A stretch of DNA of 64,000 nt from Massalongia carnosa (lineage: Eukaryota). The stretch is from the NCBI GenBank assembly GCA_965645245.1, contig OZ287076.1, positions 248,001 to 312,000 of the forward strand, given 5' to 3'. This document shows, piece after piece, positions 1 to 12,462 of this stretch (its first letter is position 1; each line of letters opens with the position of its first letter). Both the position numbers and the translations under genes were made by a program. The notes beneath the pieces are model-generated. The model saw nothing but the letters and a program-made list of their open reading frames with translations. It made no database searches and was not told the DNA's origin.

Positions 1-460
1 TGCTTGACCAGGAAGGGCTCGAGGTCGATCCCGTCGACCGGTTGGAGAAAGACACGCCGTTGCACAAGGCCGTGCGGTTCGTCAACGGGCTCTCAAAATC
101 GGAGTGGGAGGCCGGGTCCTCGCTCGTCGAGTTGCTGCTAGATGCTGGTGCGGATCCGAGGTCTGTGTTTTTACCCCCCCCCCCCCCTTCCACCAAAAAC
201 AACCAAAAAAAAAAGACCCAGAAGGATTATTTGCTTGCGCAAAACAATGGGTAGAGCGGGAGCTAACAAAGCGCGCGACTTGGGGTGGCAGGATACGCAA
301 CAAGGCGAAGCTGAAGGCTGCGGAGTTGGTGGATCCCAAGAATACGGCGCTGCGGGGGGTGTTGCAGAAAGCGGAGTTTGCCATCATGGCCGGCGACGAG
401 GTCGTGATGGATGAGGATGACGAGACGGGGCCCACAGGGAGCGCGAGCGATAGCGAATGA
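1..460 (+). CDS. Ankyrin-repeat protein, 3' part (5' end outside window)
   Basis: Ankyrin motif 'EKDTPLHKAVRF...LVELLLDAGADPR'. Intron 161-291 (GTCTGT donor, GCTAAC branch, CAG acceptor) joins it to 'IRNKAKLKAAELVDPKN...SASDSE*'. Confidence 0.8.
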
Positions 461-745
461 GGGTTGGGTAGAAAAGGTATGGCAGAGATTCTGGCTGGGG
501 TGCATATACAATAGCGGGTTTTGGGGGCGGGGAGAGAAAGGGGGAAAACGATGCTTTGCATAGCTATGGTGTTTGGGGATAGAGCGGCCTGCGGGGGGCG
601 ATGGCCTGCGGGTTCGGTTAGGGGCTGCGAACCAACGGGGCTTCGGGGTTGAGAGGTTTGTTTTTGTATGATACTTTCTTTACGCTTGCTTGGTGGGGGT
701 GGAAGATAGAGGTTCTGAAGAGTAGGATAGCTGGGTTCTGGGAGC

Positions 746-2015
746 CTAATCATCGTCACTCGCTTCTTCGTCCTCCTCTGCGTCCTCGCCTTCTTCATCC
801 TCTTGGTCGTCATCAACCGGATGACCCCCCGATCTTGTGTTTCTTGCCGTGCTCCTTGATCTCGCATTCCCTCTTCTTCTCGCACCAGTCTCCGTTCCCT
901 CGTCCTCCCCGCCCTCTTCGTTCACAGCCCTGCGAACTTTCTTCTCTATTGCTGCCTCCCCTAAACTCCTCACCAGCTTCTTCTCCAACTCATCCGCTTC
1001 CAAATCCTTCTTCCCATATACCTTCCTAATCACCCCGGCCACACCTCTCTCCCCGACTTCCGCCTTCCCCCGAGGCCCGATGATATAATCGACCGACTCT
1101 TCTCCGCCGCCATCACGCTCGCGCACTTTGACGATATATCCCTCGCGTTCCATGCGTTTCAGGACTTTTTCGGTTTTCTCCCCGTTCAAAACATAATTAT
1201 CTGCGTTGACCCGCTTAAGGTGACGCTCAAGCCTTGATTCTGGGATGGACCCGCGCGGGGACAGTAAGATGATGCTAATGATGAAGGTGTATAGTCCCGT
1301 GTAAGCAGCTTCAATCCCATTAGACGGAATACGTGAAGGCGTCAGGATCTCTGGCACTCGGTAGGAAGCGGGGAGTATGGATGTTAGAACGTAAGACTTG
1401 GAGGCCGAGGATGATGAGGCTTGGGACCGTTGCGCCGCTTTCAAACGTTTGTCAACAGCTTTCAGCTAAAAGCAGCAGCGAAAGATGAGAATACCTCGTT
1501 TTTGGCTTATGGTAGTCTTTTCCTTTTGTGGTAGTTCTGTCATTTCCATGCCGAATACAGTCCGAAGCTGATTTTGGGCTTCCCCGAAGATATTTTTGTA
1601 CTGGCGCCCAGTGTTCGGGGCCATGACTATGCTTCCATCGACAATTCAGCCTGCGCGCAAGATGGCACTAATATTCATCACACGTCTCGGGTGTACCGCG
1701 TTTTACCCACCCTTGAAGGTAATGTCTCCTCGCCGAATTGGCTGCCGTGAGTACTCGCATGCAAGGGCCAGTCGAACCAACTTCTTCACCATTTGCCCCT
1801 GACTACTACCGCCTCCTTGGGTGTCCCCATCGAGTCCAGCTCCGCCGTCATTATCTTCATCGACAGAGGAGGCCTGGGAGACCGAAGGCGACCGCCGACG
1901 ACGCGTAGGTGCCGGAGAGGGTGAGGCTTCTGCTTGCTTTTGCGGATCTGTTCAGCTAAAGACCTGTTCACTTGGAACGCATGCTTACTGCGCGACGTTT
2001 ACGGCTGAGTGGCAT
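746..2015 (-). CDS. NSE3: MAGE-domain Smc5/6 complex subunit Nse3 (multi-exon)
   Basis: Exon 1 MPLSRKRRA (ATG 2015, GTAAGC donor), then 'QMVKKLVRLALACEYSRQPIRRGDI', 'VFGMEMTELP', 'SKSYVLTSILP' and 'DYIIGPRGKAEVG', all typical of fungal Nse3/MAGE. Confidence 0.85.
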
Positions 2016-2438
2016 AGCTGCTTGCGGTAAAGAAGCAACTTATCTGCCGAGTAACTGAACGTTTTCTAACGTTCTCGCCAAACACGAGTGCAAAGCCCTA
2101 ATTAGGCGGAATTAATGCCGCGCTCGAATCGCGCGTGTTTGATCCATTCCATATAAAGTACAGAGCAGAGTACTCTGTACGGAGTGTAAAGTGGGTAATC
2201 CACACTCTTACAGCGTCAGTATATCAATCTTGAAGAATCTAGATCTTCTAAAAGATAATCACTAACACAGGGTTAATAACACAATTCTGGGCGCATTGTG
2301 ATATTTCTGACTGTCAAGCGAGTTTTCTCATACGCTCGTAGAACCCATGCTCCCATGCCCCGTCGTGTCCTCAAGTTTTCTCTTATTATTTCAAATTCCA
2401 CTGATTCAAAACCTTAACCTAATCATACTCCACAACCG

Positions 2439-2960
2439 ATGCTGCTTTGTGAGTTCAAAGGCTGACTAAATTCAAGTAGACTAACACCATCTATAGTCTG
2501 TCCGTGTTGCAGCAACAGCCTAACCGTTACAAGAGGCGAAGGGACCAATGACTATCCTTCAGGGCAAAACCGCCTTGAGTGCCGGACTTGTCCTTATCAG
2601 TTCGTCATTGAACGGCGGTATTTTGAGCGGAAGGAGATGAAGCGCAAGGAGGTGGAGGATGTTATCGGGGGCAAGGATTCCTGGGCGAATGTTGATAAGA
2701 CCGATGGTGTGTTCTTCTCGTGTTGAAACGCAAGGTTCTTGAAAATGGAGTCTGAATACTATGGCTTTTATTTAGCACAATGTCCCCGAGATGGCTGCGA
2801 TGGAGCCCAGGCTTTTTTCTACCAGGTCCAGATTCGAAGCGCCGACGAGCCAATGACAACTTTCTACAAGGTCCAATAAAGCGCCATATCCTTTTCGAAG
2901 ACAAGCAGACTAATTCTTTCGCAGTGTACTACTTGTGCTCAAAGATGGAAAGAAAATTGA
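2439..2960 (+). CDS. RPC11: RNA polymerase III subunit C11 (4 exons)
   Basis: Spliced product MLLFCPCCSNSL...LECRTCPYQF...KEVEDVIGG...[30 protein letters not shown], with two Zn ribbons and the TFIIS-like RSADEP motif. Confidence 0.93.
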
Positions 2961-3576
2961 AACCAAGCAAACCAGAAGAGACTACCCTGACAATAATGGA
3001 TTTTCGTCGTGTTACATCATCCTTCCTTGTGCATGTAACTGACCTGATTAGGGAAACTCTTCCGTCTAAAGGCTTTTAATTTGGCCTGTAGCTACATGGG
3101 GCACAAATTTATCTTGAGTTCCGGCATATTCGTCACCTGTTAAAAACACATTGACATTGCAGTTTGATTTAAAGATTGTTAGATTTAACATATCATCCAT
3201 TTCTTCCACGAGCTAAGGAAGTTAGTTTCAAGTGCCATTTACAGCTCCAGTAAAAAATGGCTATCAGAATGACTGGTCGATTCAGAGTTTTGTGTGCCGT
3301 CGTCTTTCGGAGAATGGCCTACCAAGAAATGGATTTTACTCATAGCTACTGTGTAGAAAGCAGCTCAGAGAACACTTTTATCTGCAAATTTGAATTTTGT
3401 AGATTGCACTTCCCGTCGCAACGTCCCATCACCAGTGTCTCATGCAAGACACCACACGCTCATCTTCATCCTTGATAACACCGTTCATTGCATTTCTGAT
3501 GGTAGGCAGTCGAAAATCGTCCACAGATTTGAGATCTATCGCCAATACTGCCCTAACTCAAGATCTCTCCATCAAA

Positions 3577-3985
3577 TCACCTCTTATTGATACTAGCCAG
3601 CAGCTCCCCTTGAGCTAATTGTGCCACAACATCCGGACTCAATACGTCCTGCCGAAACCTCTCCTGCTGTAGCAATTCCAACGACTTGAGCGCTGGACCC
3701 GGATAATCCAAATACTTGGCGTATTCCGGCTTCTTGAAGTATTGCAGATAATCCAAGTAGGCGATGAAGCTGGCATCCTGGAAAAGTTTCAGGGAGGCGA
3801 GATGATTCATGTAATACGGGTTGGCAAGGGACTGAACGAACTGGAGCGGGGATTAATTGGATATTATGTGCATAGCCAATGGGTGAAGGCAGGGTTGGTA
3901 CTTCCAGCTCAAGCTCAAAACGAGTGTAACCCCCATATAGCGGTTCGGCATCGTATGGAGGACTGGTTGGTAGCGATTCTGTCAT
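3577..3985 (-). CDS. MED31: Mediator subunit 31 (Soh1)
   Basis: 'YGGYTRFELELE|FVQSLANPYYMNHLAS...FIAYLDYLQYFKKPEYAKYLDYPGPALKSLELLQQERFRQD', with one intron at ~3841-3901. Confidence 0.93.
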
Positions 3986-4079
3986 CTTGCTATATGGCAC
4001 TGAAGGGTTGAGTTCCGAAGCATTACTTGGTCCGGAGTACAGTTCGGAGTATGGGTCATCAGTTTGCCACCACAAGGCT

Positions 4080-4335
4080 CCGATGCCGGCGGTTTACCTT
4101 CTATCGGTTACTTTTCTCGATCGAACAAAGCGAGTTTAACAGACCCTGATTTGGTTACTGGGTACGAAAAGGAACGTATGAGAGATCGAAACCCCTTTGG
4201 TGGCGTAGAGCCTGAACAAGGAACTAACGTTAACCGCTGGGCCCCCAGCACCGAATACAGTTCCCGTGCTGGTCCGGGGCTTGTGTGCATCTGAATCCAG
4301 TTTAGCGGAGGGGGCACCCGGACCAAATCGGGTAA
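4080..4335. ncRNA. Candidate structured RNA of unknown class
   Basis: Nested complementary segments: 4143-4165 pairs with 4313-4333 (ACCC/GGGT, GATTTGGT/ACCAAATC). Inner CCGCTGGG pairs with TTTAGCGG, and GCCCCCAGCAC with GTGCTGGTCCGGGGC. No diagnostic snRNA, RNase P/MRP or SRP motif recognised. Confidence 0.3.
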
Positions 4336-4975
4336 TACCCACTGCCTTTTCAGCCACAACGTAGTGAAGCGACCGTACTCCTCCGTGCGGTCGAGTATAC
4401 TGTGTACTCTGTACAGAGACGAACTCGGGGATGCAATGTTGAACAAAAATATACACTAGCTACAAAGTACCTGTAAACATGCGGAGTACGTCTGCACGCT
4501 GCATCGAGATATAGCATCGGCTTTTCTGTATTTCCAATGAGGAAGCTGAGGGGAAAGAGATTGAGCATAATTTTCATTACGCGAGAACATTAGATACGTT
4601 AGTGGATATTTGTCTCGATTGAGCGATTCTGATTGGTCATCAAGATCTCATTACCTAATGAAAGGCGAGGAATGAAAAAATGGCAAGACACCTCTTAAAC
4701 TTCCACTTCGACTTCACAACCTCCTCTTCACACTTGACAGTTCTTACTGCACTTGTTAGCTTCATCTTACACCGCATTGTATGTGTTGTCGCGTTAGTGC
4801 CTTTTCCACCGGCAACTATTCGTCATCTTTGTCCAACTTTCAGACCTTCCCAGGTCGCTTAAACCCCGCCAGTGACGTTGACGTGTAATCGTTGCAAAAT
4901 AACGACCCGCCCCGAGAACCTTGACAAGCACCAACGCAGCGCAGTTCAGGAGGCATAGATAGGGGGTTTACGAAC

Positions 4976-7011
4976 ATGTCGCTTGTCCAATTGCATGACG
5001 TTGGTAGGTGTACCCAGTTTCTTTGTGCGCTGTGTTTTTGGTTCTTCCCCCTGTTTTGGTCGCCTCTTATGTCGATACCCGTGCAGTCGCATACCCACAA
5101 GGAACTTGAAATCAGTTGGACCCGGTTAAGCTTTCGTCCTATTTTTCGTGCTGGCTGATTCAACTCACTCGTACAGACCATGCAGAACCACAAACTTCGC
5201 CCGGATTAACAGTGAATCTTCCATCGAATAATCCGTTTCGAAACCACGCAGCATCCTCTACAGTGTATAATAATATACCTCCACCTCCAAATTCTCCACC
5301 CATTTTGCCAGTCACAGCACCTGAACGCCCACTATCGAGAAATCCTTTCCTCGACCAGCCTGGAATCAGAACTATACCTAGTCCTCAGCAAGTATCGGTC
5401 TCGTCTGATCCCGAAATGTCAAGGAATGCTGGAAACATGCATTCTTCGTCAAATTCAGGATTCATGGGAAGCACGGTTGAGTTATTTGTGGGTACTCTTT
5501 GGTTTTACGGTCATAGAAATACTCTATTAGGCGCATCGCTGATTTGATATTCATAGAATAAGCTCAACATGAATGATCAACCGGCCTTAAACGGATCTCA
5601 CCACGCTATGGCTCTACCTATTACTCACCGAGCTCACGGATCTGAAAACATTGCTCCTCTTTCACGCGATAAAATCATGTCATCTGGCCACCGTCCATCA
5701 CGATCGCAAGAGGAAGAGCAACAACGGATGCGCGACGGAGCAAGGCTTCGAGGACCGCCTCATGGGCTTGATATCTTTGCTGATCCGATTGATTCTGGGA
5801 GATATCGGCGGCTAAGACGAAATTCCGAGTCATCTATAGCTGATAAGTCTGGCAAAATTTCGGATCTAGAAGATGAGCGAAGACGACGAGAACGACGACA
5901 CAGAGAGAGAGACGCACGGCATAAAGGAGAAGTTCGAAGACCGCAAACTGCCAAGCCGAAGAAGCCTAGCCAGCGATTGGATCTTATTGATCAACTTGAT
6001 GTTACCAGCATTTATGGGACTGGCTGTATGTTCTCGTATAATCCTGACCTTGTGTTCAAATTTGGACATCAGAACTAACACACCTCTGGCTTAGTGTTTC
6101 ACCATGACGGTCCGTTCGATGCTTGCAATCCTCACCGCAACCGCAAAGGTTCCCAGCGTGCACCGATGCAAGCATTTCCTAAAGACTCCGCCAACAACGC
6201 TCTCGGTGGATCAGGACCCGTCCACAAAAACATTGATTTTGCACAGTTTCACGGCCGCGGTGCCGAAGGTTTTACTGATTTCTCCACCTCTGGCGTTAAC
6301 AACGTTATCACAGACCCTGAGTCGTACGCAGGTTCCAGCGCACCTGTCAGAAGTGGTCCAGGAGTACGTCCCGGTATCGATCGCACCACGAGTTTCAATC
6401 CAACGGCCAAGATTGAGCCCGTGCATGGCGACGAGACAATGGGACTTGGTACTAGTACCTTTTTAGAAGGCGCACCTGCATCACGAACAGCAATGCAACG
6501 ACGCGAATCAGACTCGGAACCGCATGGCGGGGTTTTTGGCGGCGGCGGCGGCGGCTTGGGAAGGAAGAGGAGCTTGGTGCAGAAGATCAAGGGTATCAGC
6601 AATCCCAACCGCGGCGCCGGCACTGCGGGGAGGGTGACCAGTCCTGAACGTCTCCCAGAGCGTAATGCCGCTCGTACAAGTCCAACCGAAGAGCAAGCAC
6701 TAAGTGCTGGAGGAATGCGCAGGGTGCAAGAGAGGCGAGATAATAATCCATTTTTCAATGACTACGATGATGCCTACGAGAAGAAGGGTCAAAAGATTCA
6801 AATCGCAGAGGCGCAAAACGGGATTTACGATGGCGCAAGGTCGAGGGCTCTGAGCAGCCCGAAGCGGGCAGCCATGAGCGGATTCCTAGAACGGAGAGTT
6901 ACCAACGATGGAACAGGCATGGTAGATGGGGAAACGAAAAGTGGCGGAGGATTCCTATCTCGCGTCAAGAGTCTCAAGGGTCGGAGAACAAGGCCTGAGA
7001 GGCGGGAATAG
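4976..7011 (+). CDS. Pal1 cell-morphology/endocytosis protein (multi-exon; start uncertain)
   Basis: Pal1 signature 'LDLIDQLDVTSIYGTG|LFHHDGPFDACNPHRNRKGSQRAPMQAF', 'EPVHGDETMGLGTSTFLEGAPASR' and several NPF motifs. Introns at ~5488-5556 and 6025-6094. Confidence 0.85.
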
Positions 7012-7507
7012 CGCATCAAAACATATGATTTGTTGAGGGTCGCGCACGATGGATGAGCTGACATGGATATCGAGTAGTCGGCATCACTAGCCGCATTCCA
7101 CCCGCCCTGCGTTGGACATTGGCCGGACCGCTTGGGTATAAGGCGAAGAAGTCTAGTGGCGTTTGTCATTTTTTTCAATTCGATACACTCTCACAAACGA
7201 CCATCGCAGGAGTAATAAATAGGTTAACGTGGTCAAAATGTCTTCTTCATGGCAACAACCTTTAAACTCTCTCCCCCATCACTACGTAATGACTAGTTAA
7301 GATACTTGAGCTGTGATCCAGCCTTGTCCAAACCCTTAATCATCCTCTGCTTTGTTCTATCTCTGCGACTTTCACGGGCCTCGCAAAAGATTTCTGGTCG
7401 CTTCGGGCCAAGAGCAATTGATACATACTTCATGACCTTGATACAGATTTATGGTCTTCAATGCCCATATATTGGCGTTCAGCCGCCATTCCCCACCCCA
7501 ATATCCT

Positions 7508-8091
7508 CTAATCTTGCACCTGATATCTGTGTCAGCCCCCGGATCTAACCTTTAAGCTGATCCTCAAAGGATATAGGTACCTCAGGCGGTTTCCCAACCG
7601 GCTGTATCATTTTCTGCGACCCCCGAGAAACATAAACAGTCAGCCTCCTACTTCTCATCCTGTGGATCCTATCTCTCTTCTCCTACCCCCTTAGCACCCC
7701 TTTACAACAAAACAGCCCCATCTAAAATTCCCCAGACCCGAAATTTCACCTACTCAATCACGCACTCACCTCGATGCACATACTCCTCACCTTCTCGCGC
7801 GGCTCCCCCAAGCCAATGGCCATGTAGGCGAGTAGCGGCGGGTGCCCGATGTAGGACGCGTACGAGTCGCGGTGGATGTTCGAGGTCCATTCGTGCTTGG
7901 TAGTGTCGGCGTGGCCGGTGCCGATGTAGCGGGCTTGCAGCTGCTCAAGCTGCTGTTGGGTGCGAAGTTTGTCGGCCTATTGATTCATGGATCGTTGGGA
8001 GACGAACCGTTAGCGGAATTTACGGGAAAGGAAACGGTGGATGGGGGAGGTGGGTATGAGAGGATAGGGAGGAGGAGAAAGGGAGTACCAT
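7508..8091 (-). CDS. SF3B5: Splicing factor 3B subunit 5 (SF3b10/Ysf3)
   Basis: ATG-only first coding exon (8089-8091). Then ADKLRTQQQLEQLQARYIGTGHADTTKHEWTSNIHRDSYASYIGHPPLLAYMAIGLGEPREKVR (7770-7976), KMIQPVGKPPE (7581-7613) and VQD* (7508-7519). Confidence 0.92.
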
Positions 8092-8373
8092 AGCTGTGGG
8101 GAGGAGGTAATCTTGATGATGAGGGGTGGAGTTGCAGGCAGAGGGCGGGGGTTTTACGTATCTTGACGTAGTTAGCGTTCGTCTTTTTTTAGAAATTTCG
8201 CCTCTACAGCGATTGTTCCGGAGGAATGACAAGCACACGCAATCTACACGGAGGGTTCCTTATTTCGAACCTATCATCTCCAAAAAATCAAGACTTTAGA
8301 GATAAGTCCCGCCTTTCCGCCCGTTCCGCTCTTCTCCCCACCGCCAACGCCAAGCCCAACTCCTACGAAAAGC

Positions 8374-8751
8374 ATGGACACCCCCCCCACCCCCCTGGAG
8401 CCCATCCCGCTCTCCTCCCCCCTCCGCACCCACCCCAAACGCGGCCTTCCGCCCCTCCTCTCCTCCACCACCCCGCACGGCCACATCTCCGGGCACACGC
8501 GCACGCCGTCGCAGCAGCGGGCGTTCGACGCGCGCAAGGCGGAGATCCTGCGCAGCATGACGGCGGAGCAGATCGAGGCGCGGCGTGAGGAGGTGGCGGC
8601 CGAGATCCGCGGCGTGCTGGAGGAGGCGCGGGTGTTGGGGGAGGAGGTGGAGCGGGAGATGGAGGGGTTGCGAGCGCAGAGGGAGATGGAGAGGGGGATT
8701 TGGGAGAGGATTAAGGCCGAGGAGAAGAGGGAGGGAGGAGGGGGGGGGTAA
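8374..8751 (+). CDS. Hypothetical small coiled-coil protein
   Basis: 125-aa ORF with GC-rich third codon positions, a Pro-rich N-terminus and an E/R-rich helical C-terminus. Divergent from SF3B5. Confidence 0.6.
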   Translation: MDTPPTPLEPIPLSSPLRTHPKRGLPPLLSSTTPHGHISGHTRTPSQQRAFDARKAEILRSMTAEQIEARREEVAAEIRGVLEEARVLGEEVEREMEGLRAQREMERGIWERIKAEEKREGGGGG

Positions 8752-8799
8752 GGGGGGCATTTTGGAGGTGGTTGGTTTTTTTCGGGTGGGGATCTTTAT

Positions 8800-9060
8800 G
8801 TTTGGGGGGGAGGATGGTGGTGATGAAGGTGTTTGGGGGGGAGGATGGTGGTGATGAAGGTGTTTGGGGGGGAGGATGGTGGTGATGAAGGTGTTTGGGG
8901 GGGAGGATGGTGGTGATGAAGGTGTTTGGGGGGGAGGATGGTGGTGATGAAGGTGTTTGGGGGGGAGGATGGTGGTGATGAAGGTGTTTGGGGGGGAGGA
9001 TGGTGGTGATGAAGGTGTTTGGGGGGGAGGATGGTGGTGATGAAGGTGTTTGGGGGGGGG
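8800..9060. repeat. Perfect 31-bp G-rich minisatellite, 8 full copies plus a partial
   Basis: Unit GTTTGGGGGGGAGGATGGTGGTGATGAAGGT starts at 8800, 8831, 8862 ... 9017, with a partial copy at 9048. Confidence 0.97.
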
Positions 9061-9352
9061 ACGGGAAAGGGAGTCCTTGAAAGAGCTTGGGGAGGGATTG
9101 TTCGGGCGATGGCCACAGGCTCTAACTCTACTCATGGGGGATGGTGGACGAAAGCCGGATTACGAGGGGATGCTTTCCAGCCCAAGGGTATACTTACCGA
9201 CGGATCAAGAAGGTTTACGATCCCTACGCATTACAGAGTTCCGGAAACGAGTGTTGAATAGGAGGGTTGAGCCGTACGAATCACAGGATCGCTCCGGTTT
9301 TAGAACTATGATCAATGTATCCACAACTGCAGAGGATGCCAGTAAAACAATC

Positions 9353-10791
9353 CTACGTTTTTTGAAGCTGGGAAGAGTTATCCGATACCCTAAACGCTCC
9401 GAGTTGTTCATGCACCAAATCGAAATCATCAACCTCGTTTCGAATCCAACTCTTCAACGCACAGTTTCGGACCTCTTGTTTCATCATTTGCCGATTTGCA
9501 AGCAATTCAGAGTCTTTCAGTTGACGGTATGTTTCAAAACTTGATACTGTCTGCAGCGGAGGCCATTGCAATCTAGCAACAACCTGGGAGAAGACAGTCC
9601 ACATTTGCGTATTACACAGGGCACTTCCTCCTTTGGGATCGAATTGCTTATGGCCCTGCAGAACACCGTTGATAAGCGTCTCTTGCAACCCCGGTGTATG
9701 AACCGCGGAGATGTTAGAGGCTTTTGCTGAATTTGGAAAAGATGCCATACTCCTGCGGGAGCAGGAAAATTCACAATCAGTTATTTCAATCCGGAAAGGT
9801 TGGAACTTATAGCCACCGGCCCAAATCCTTTGGTCGACAAGCTTCATACGGCCTGTGTTGTGAAACGATCTCTGACAGGCTGTTTGGTTATATTGCCGTA
9901 CAGGTAGAACAAGGGAGTCAAGATATACATTCGTGGGAGATATCAGTGTCGCGGTTAGTGAACTGAGAAGAGACGTGCACTGTTTCAAAGCAAGTTTGTC
10001 GGAACATGATTTGGACAGCGTCCTCGGGCTATCTGGACGAGCTGAGGCAAAGTCAACTGCGGGTCGCCAGGATTTCTTTCGAGGCTCCTACCAGGCTTTC
10101 GCCGCACAATACCTAGCTCGGAGAAATAACCTCGCCCTTTCAGGATTTCTAATACGGCCACAGGAGCTGATGCAGATGCAGAGGGCCAGGGGGTCGGATC
10201 ATCCTGGGCTTCTATGACCAGCTCCATGCTCGCGTCTCCGCAGGGAGCTTCTGAGCAATACATGTGGAATTTCAGGTTCTCATGGATGGTAAAGGGCTGA
10301 AGCCCTTGATCTTCGGAAATTTCGAGTAGTTCTTTACGCCGAATGAGGATGGATTGATCCCCTGGATGGTGCGCCAAACGAAGACATTCTTGAAGAAGAT
10401 AATGGTTGAAAGCGCGTAAGGCAACGGTTTCAGCATGCCAATCATGAAGCACTGAGCCTGCTGCTTGGGGAACTTTGGCCGCAGGGAGGCATTTCATGCC
10501 AGTCCTAGGAGTTTGAATCAGCAATCTTTTCTTCATGATTGTTATGTAAGTCGAGTAGAGCAAACCCTAGAGTTAGACAAGTCAGGCTTTGATCGTCTTG
10601 ACTTTGAACGCATCAGCAGAGTATTGTTTTCTGTTATGCACCGTAGATGGATCACCTCGAGAAACTACAATGCCGCTCAAGGGCACCCAGGGAAGTGATC
10701 CCCTATGACTACTGACAGGCTTGCATTTTGCAGGCAGCGCGTCATAGACGGCAAAGACGGCGCCTGCCACTTTATCTCCCAATTCCCCCAT
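9353..10791 (-). CDS. TAD1: tRNA-specific adenosine-37 deaminase (Tad1/ADAT1), multi-exon
   Basis: 'WVPLSGIV', 'TGMKCLP', 'LHDWHAETVALRAF', 'MYCSEAPCGDASME', 'GIVRRKP', 'LSKSCSDKLA' and 'ETLINGVLQG'. Confidence 0.9.
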
Positions 10792-11017
10792 CAGAAAAAA
10801 TAGATATGACAATACAAATAAGATTTATAATGACCGTCTCTTTTGGATCCTTGAAAATGCTCAGAGCTTCTCAAGTATTGTTTGTCTAACAAAAAGGTGA
10901 GACAAGAAGAGCTTCCAAATCATCTAACTTCATTCCAAGAAGAAGCGAAGTGATTACTTCTCTTATTCCTGCCCAACGCCACTTTAAAACCCTCGATTCA
11001 GAGGGGAATCTCTCCAT

Positions 11018-12347
11018 ATGCAGGCTTTTGGTATGATTCTGTCGTCCTCGATGGTTTCAATAGAAACTCCAGGTCCAAAACGCTGATTCGAGCTGACAAC
11101 AGTGCCCAAAACCCGGAGGGTATGTGGCTCAGCCTTCCCATAAATTACTGTCATTCAAACTAATCTGTGCGTAGCCAAAATTTGAGTTGCGATTGAAGGT
11201 GGGTAGGCGAGTCCTGACAAAGCTACTCTCTTTAACTATTGGCGTCAGATTATCGATCTGAACAACGTGCCTCTCGTCTCCGGAACATCCTATGTAAAAT
11301 GGCATCTGCCATCGTCCACCTCCGCCGAGCATCGCGGCCGTACCACAAAATCCGTCATAAGAGATCATAAAGTAGCTTGGGATTATGAAAAGATTCTGCC
11401 AGTACGACTCACGGTCGATCGCCATGGCATGTTACAGGAGTCGGAAATACATTTCGAGGTTGCCCAGGAGTATTCCTCGGGGGTTCGAGCGGAAACGATC
11501 ATCTTGGGGAATGTGCGATTGAATCTGTCGGAATACGTCGAAGGGAGCGATGAGGGGGAAGATGGGGTAAGTCGGAGATACTTGATGCAGGAGAGCAAGA
11601 TCAATAGCACGCTCAAGGTTCGCAATGATATGTGAGGCGCCTGTGTGAATCGACATTGATTTTGCCGCAGATCGGTATCAAAATGACTCAGATTGAAGGT
11701 GATTCCAATTTTATAGCGTATTTATAACTCTCCTATTTATGCTATATACCGCTGATAAGGTTAGACCACCCCTAAAGACCGCTCCCGTTTTTGGAGGCAT
11801 AGCTGGTATCATGACAACAGAACAGGGAGAACCGGACAATCTTGGACATGTGCCATCAATATCAACCAAAACCAGGGAAGTGAGTAAGCTTCAAGACATG
11901 TACCGGCAGACGCTGGCGGCATCGTGGGCGGCACAAACTGGGGAGCTGCCAGCCGATCAGTGCATAGAAGAGCTATTTGCCGGAGGAGATGGGTGGGGCG
12001 GTACCACTACAAATGATGCTATGGAAGGAGAAAAACAGAAGACTAATGGCAAAGACGGAAACGAAAGCGATGGGGATCGCCGACCACTGAGGGAACATGG
12101 GAGGAAGTCGTCAAGATATGGGCCGACGGCCCCGAAGTCCAATATACACAAACGCATCGGTAGCAGAGGAGAAGGCCACACTGTCTCTCGTGACAGTGTC
12201 AGCGGTAGGGCGAGCATCGAGCAGCAAGTGCGGTTGAGCAATGATGAAGGCGAGAGGCATGATTTTGTGCGCGCACGTATGCACGAGGTTGACGAGTTCT
12301 CCGAGCGCGAAGATCTGAGGAGTTGGAAGATTTCGACAATTAGCTAA
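11018..12347 (+). CDS. NT-C2 (EEIG1/EHBP1-type N-terminal C2) domain protein
   Basis: Micro-exons of 13, 17 and 24 nt give MQAFVPKTRRPKFELRLKIIDLNNVPLVSG. Also 'LGNVRLNLSEYV', 'RRYLMQESKINSTLK' and C-terminal 'REDLRSW'. Confidence 0.85.
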
Positions 12348-12462
12348 ACTAGGCATATTTGCGAAGAAGAAAGATTGGGGTATAGGTCATACTTGAATAC
12401 AGATTAATAGCGGAGAGTAAGCCCTGATATCGCAATTAGAATGCGGATATCATCTTGGCCAA

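Noticed and set aside
82..885. 267-aa minus-strand ORF and other long overlapping ORFs (e.g. 17640-18719, 6249-6758, 35877-36494)
   Set aside because: Antisense or alternative-frame shadows of recognised genes, with no motifs of their own.
4187..4283. Minus-strand AAGCCCCGGACC and ACCAAAGGGGTTT resembling RNase MRP CR-I/CR-V
   Set aside because: Only ~90 nt apart and imperfect, too short for an MRP RNA.
4341..4355. TGCCTTTTCAG resembling U5 snRNA loop I
   Set aside because: The invariant loop is GCCUUUUAC; the flanking stem and Sm site are absent.
8296..9135. His/Pro-rich ORFs over the minisatellite; CRISPR-like appearance
   Set aside because: The ORFs are artefacts of a 31-bp unit. The repeats are contiguous with no spacers, and the DNA is eukaryotic.
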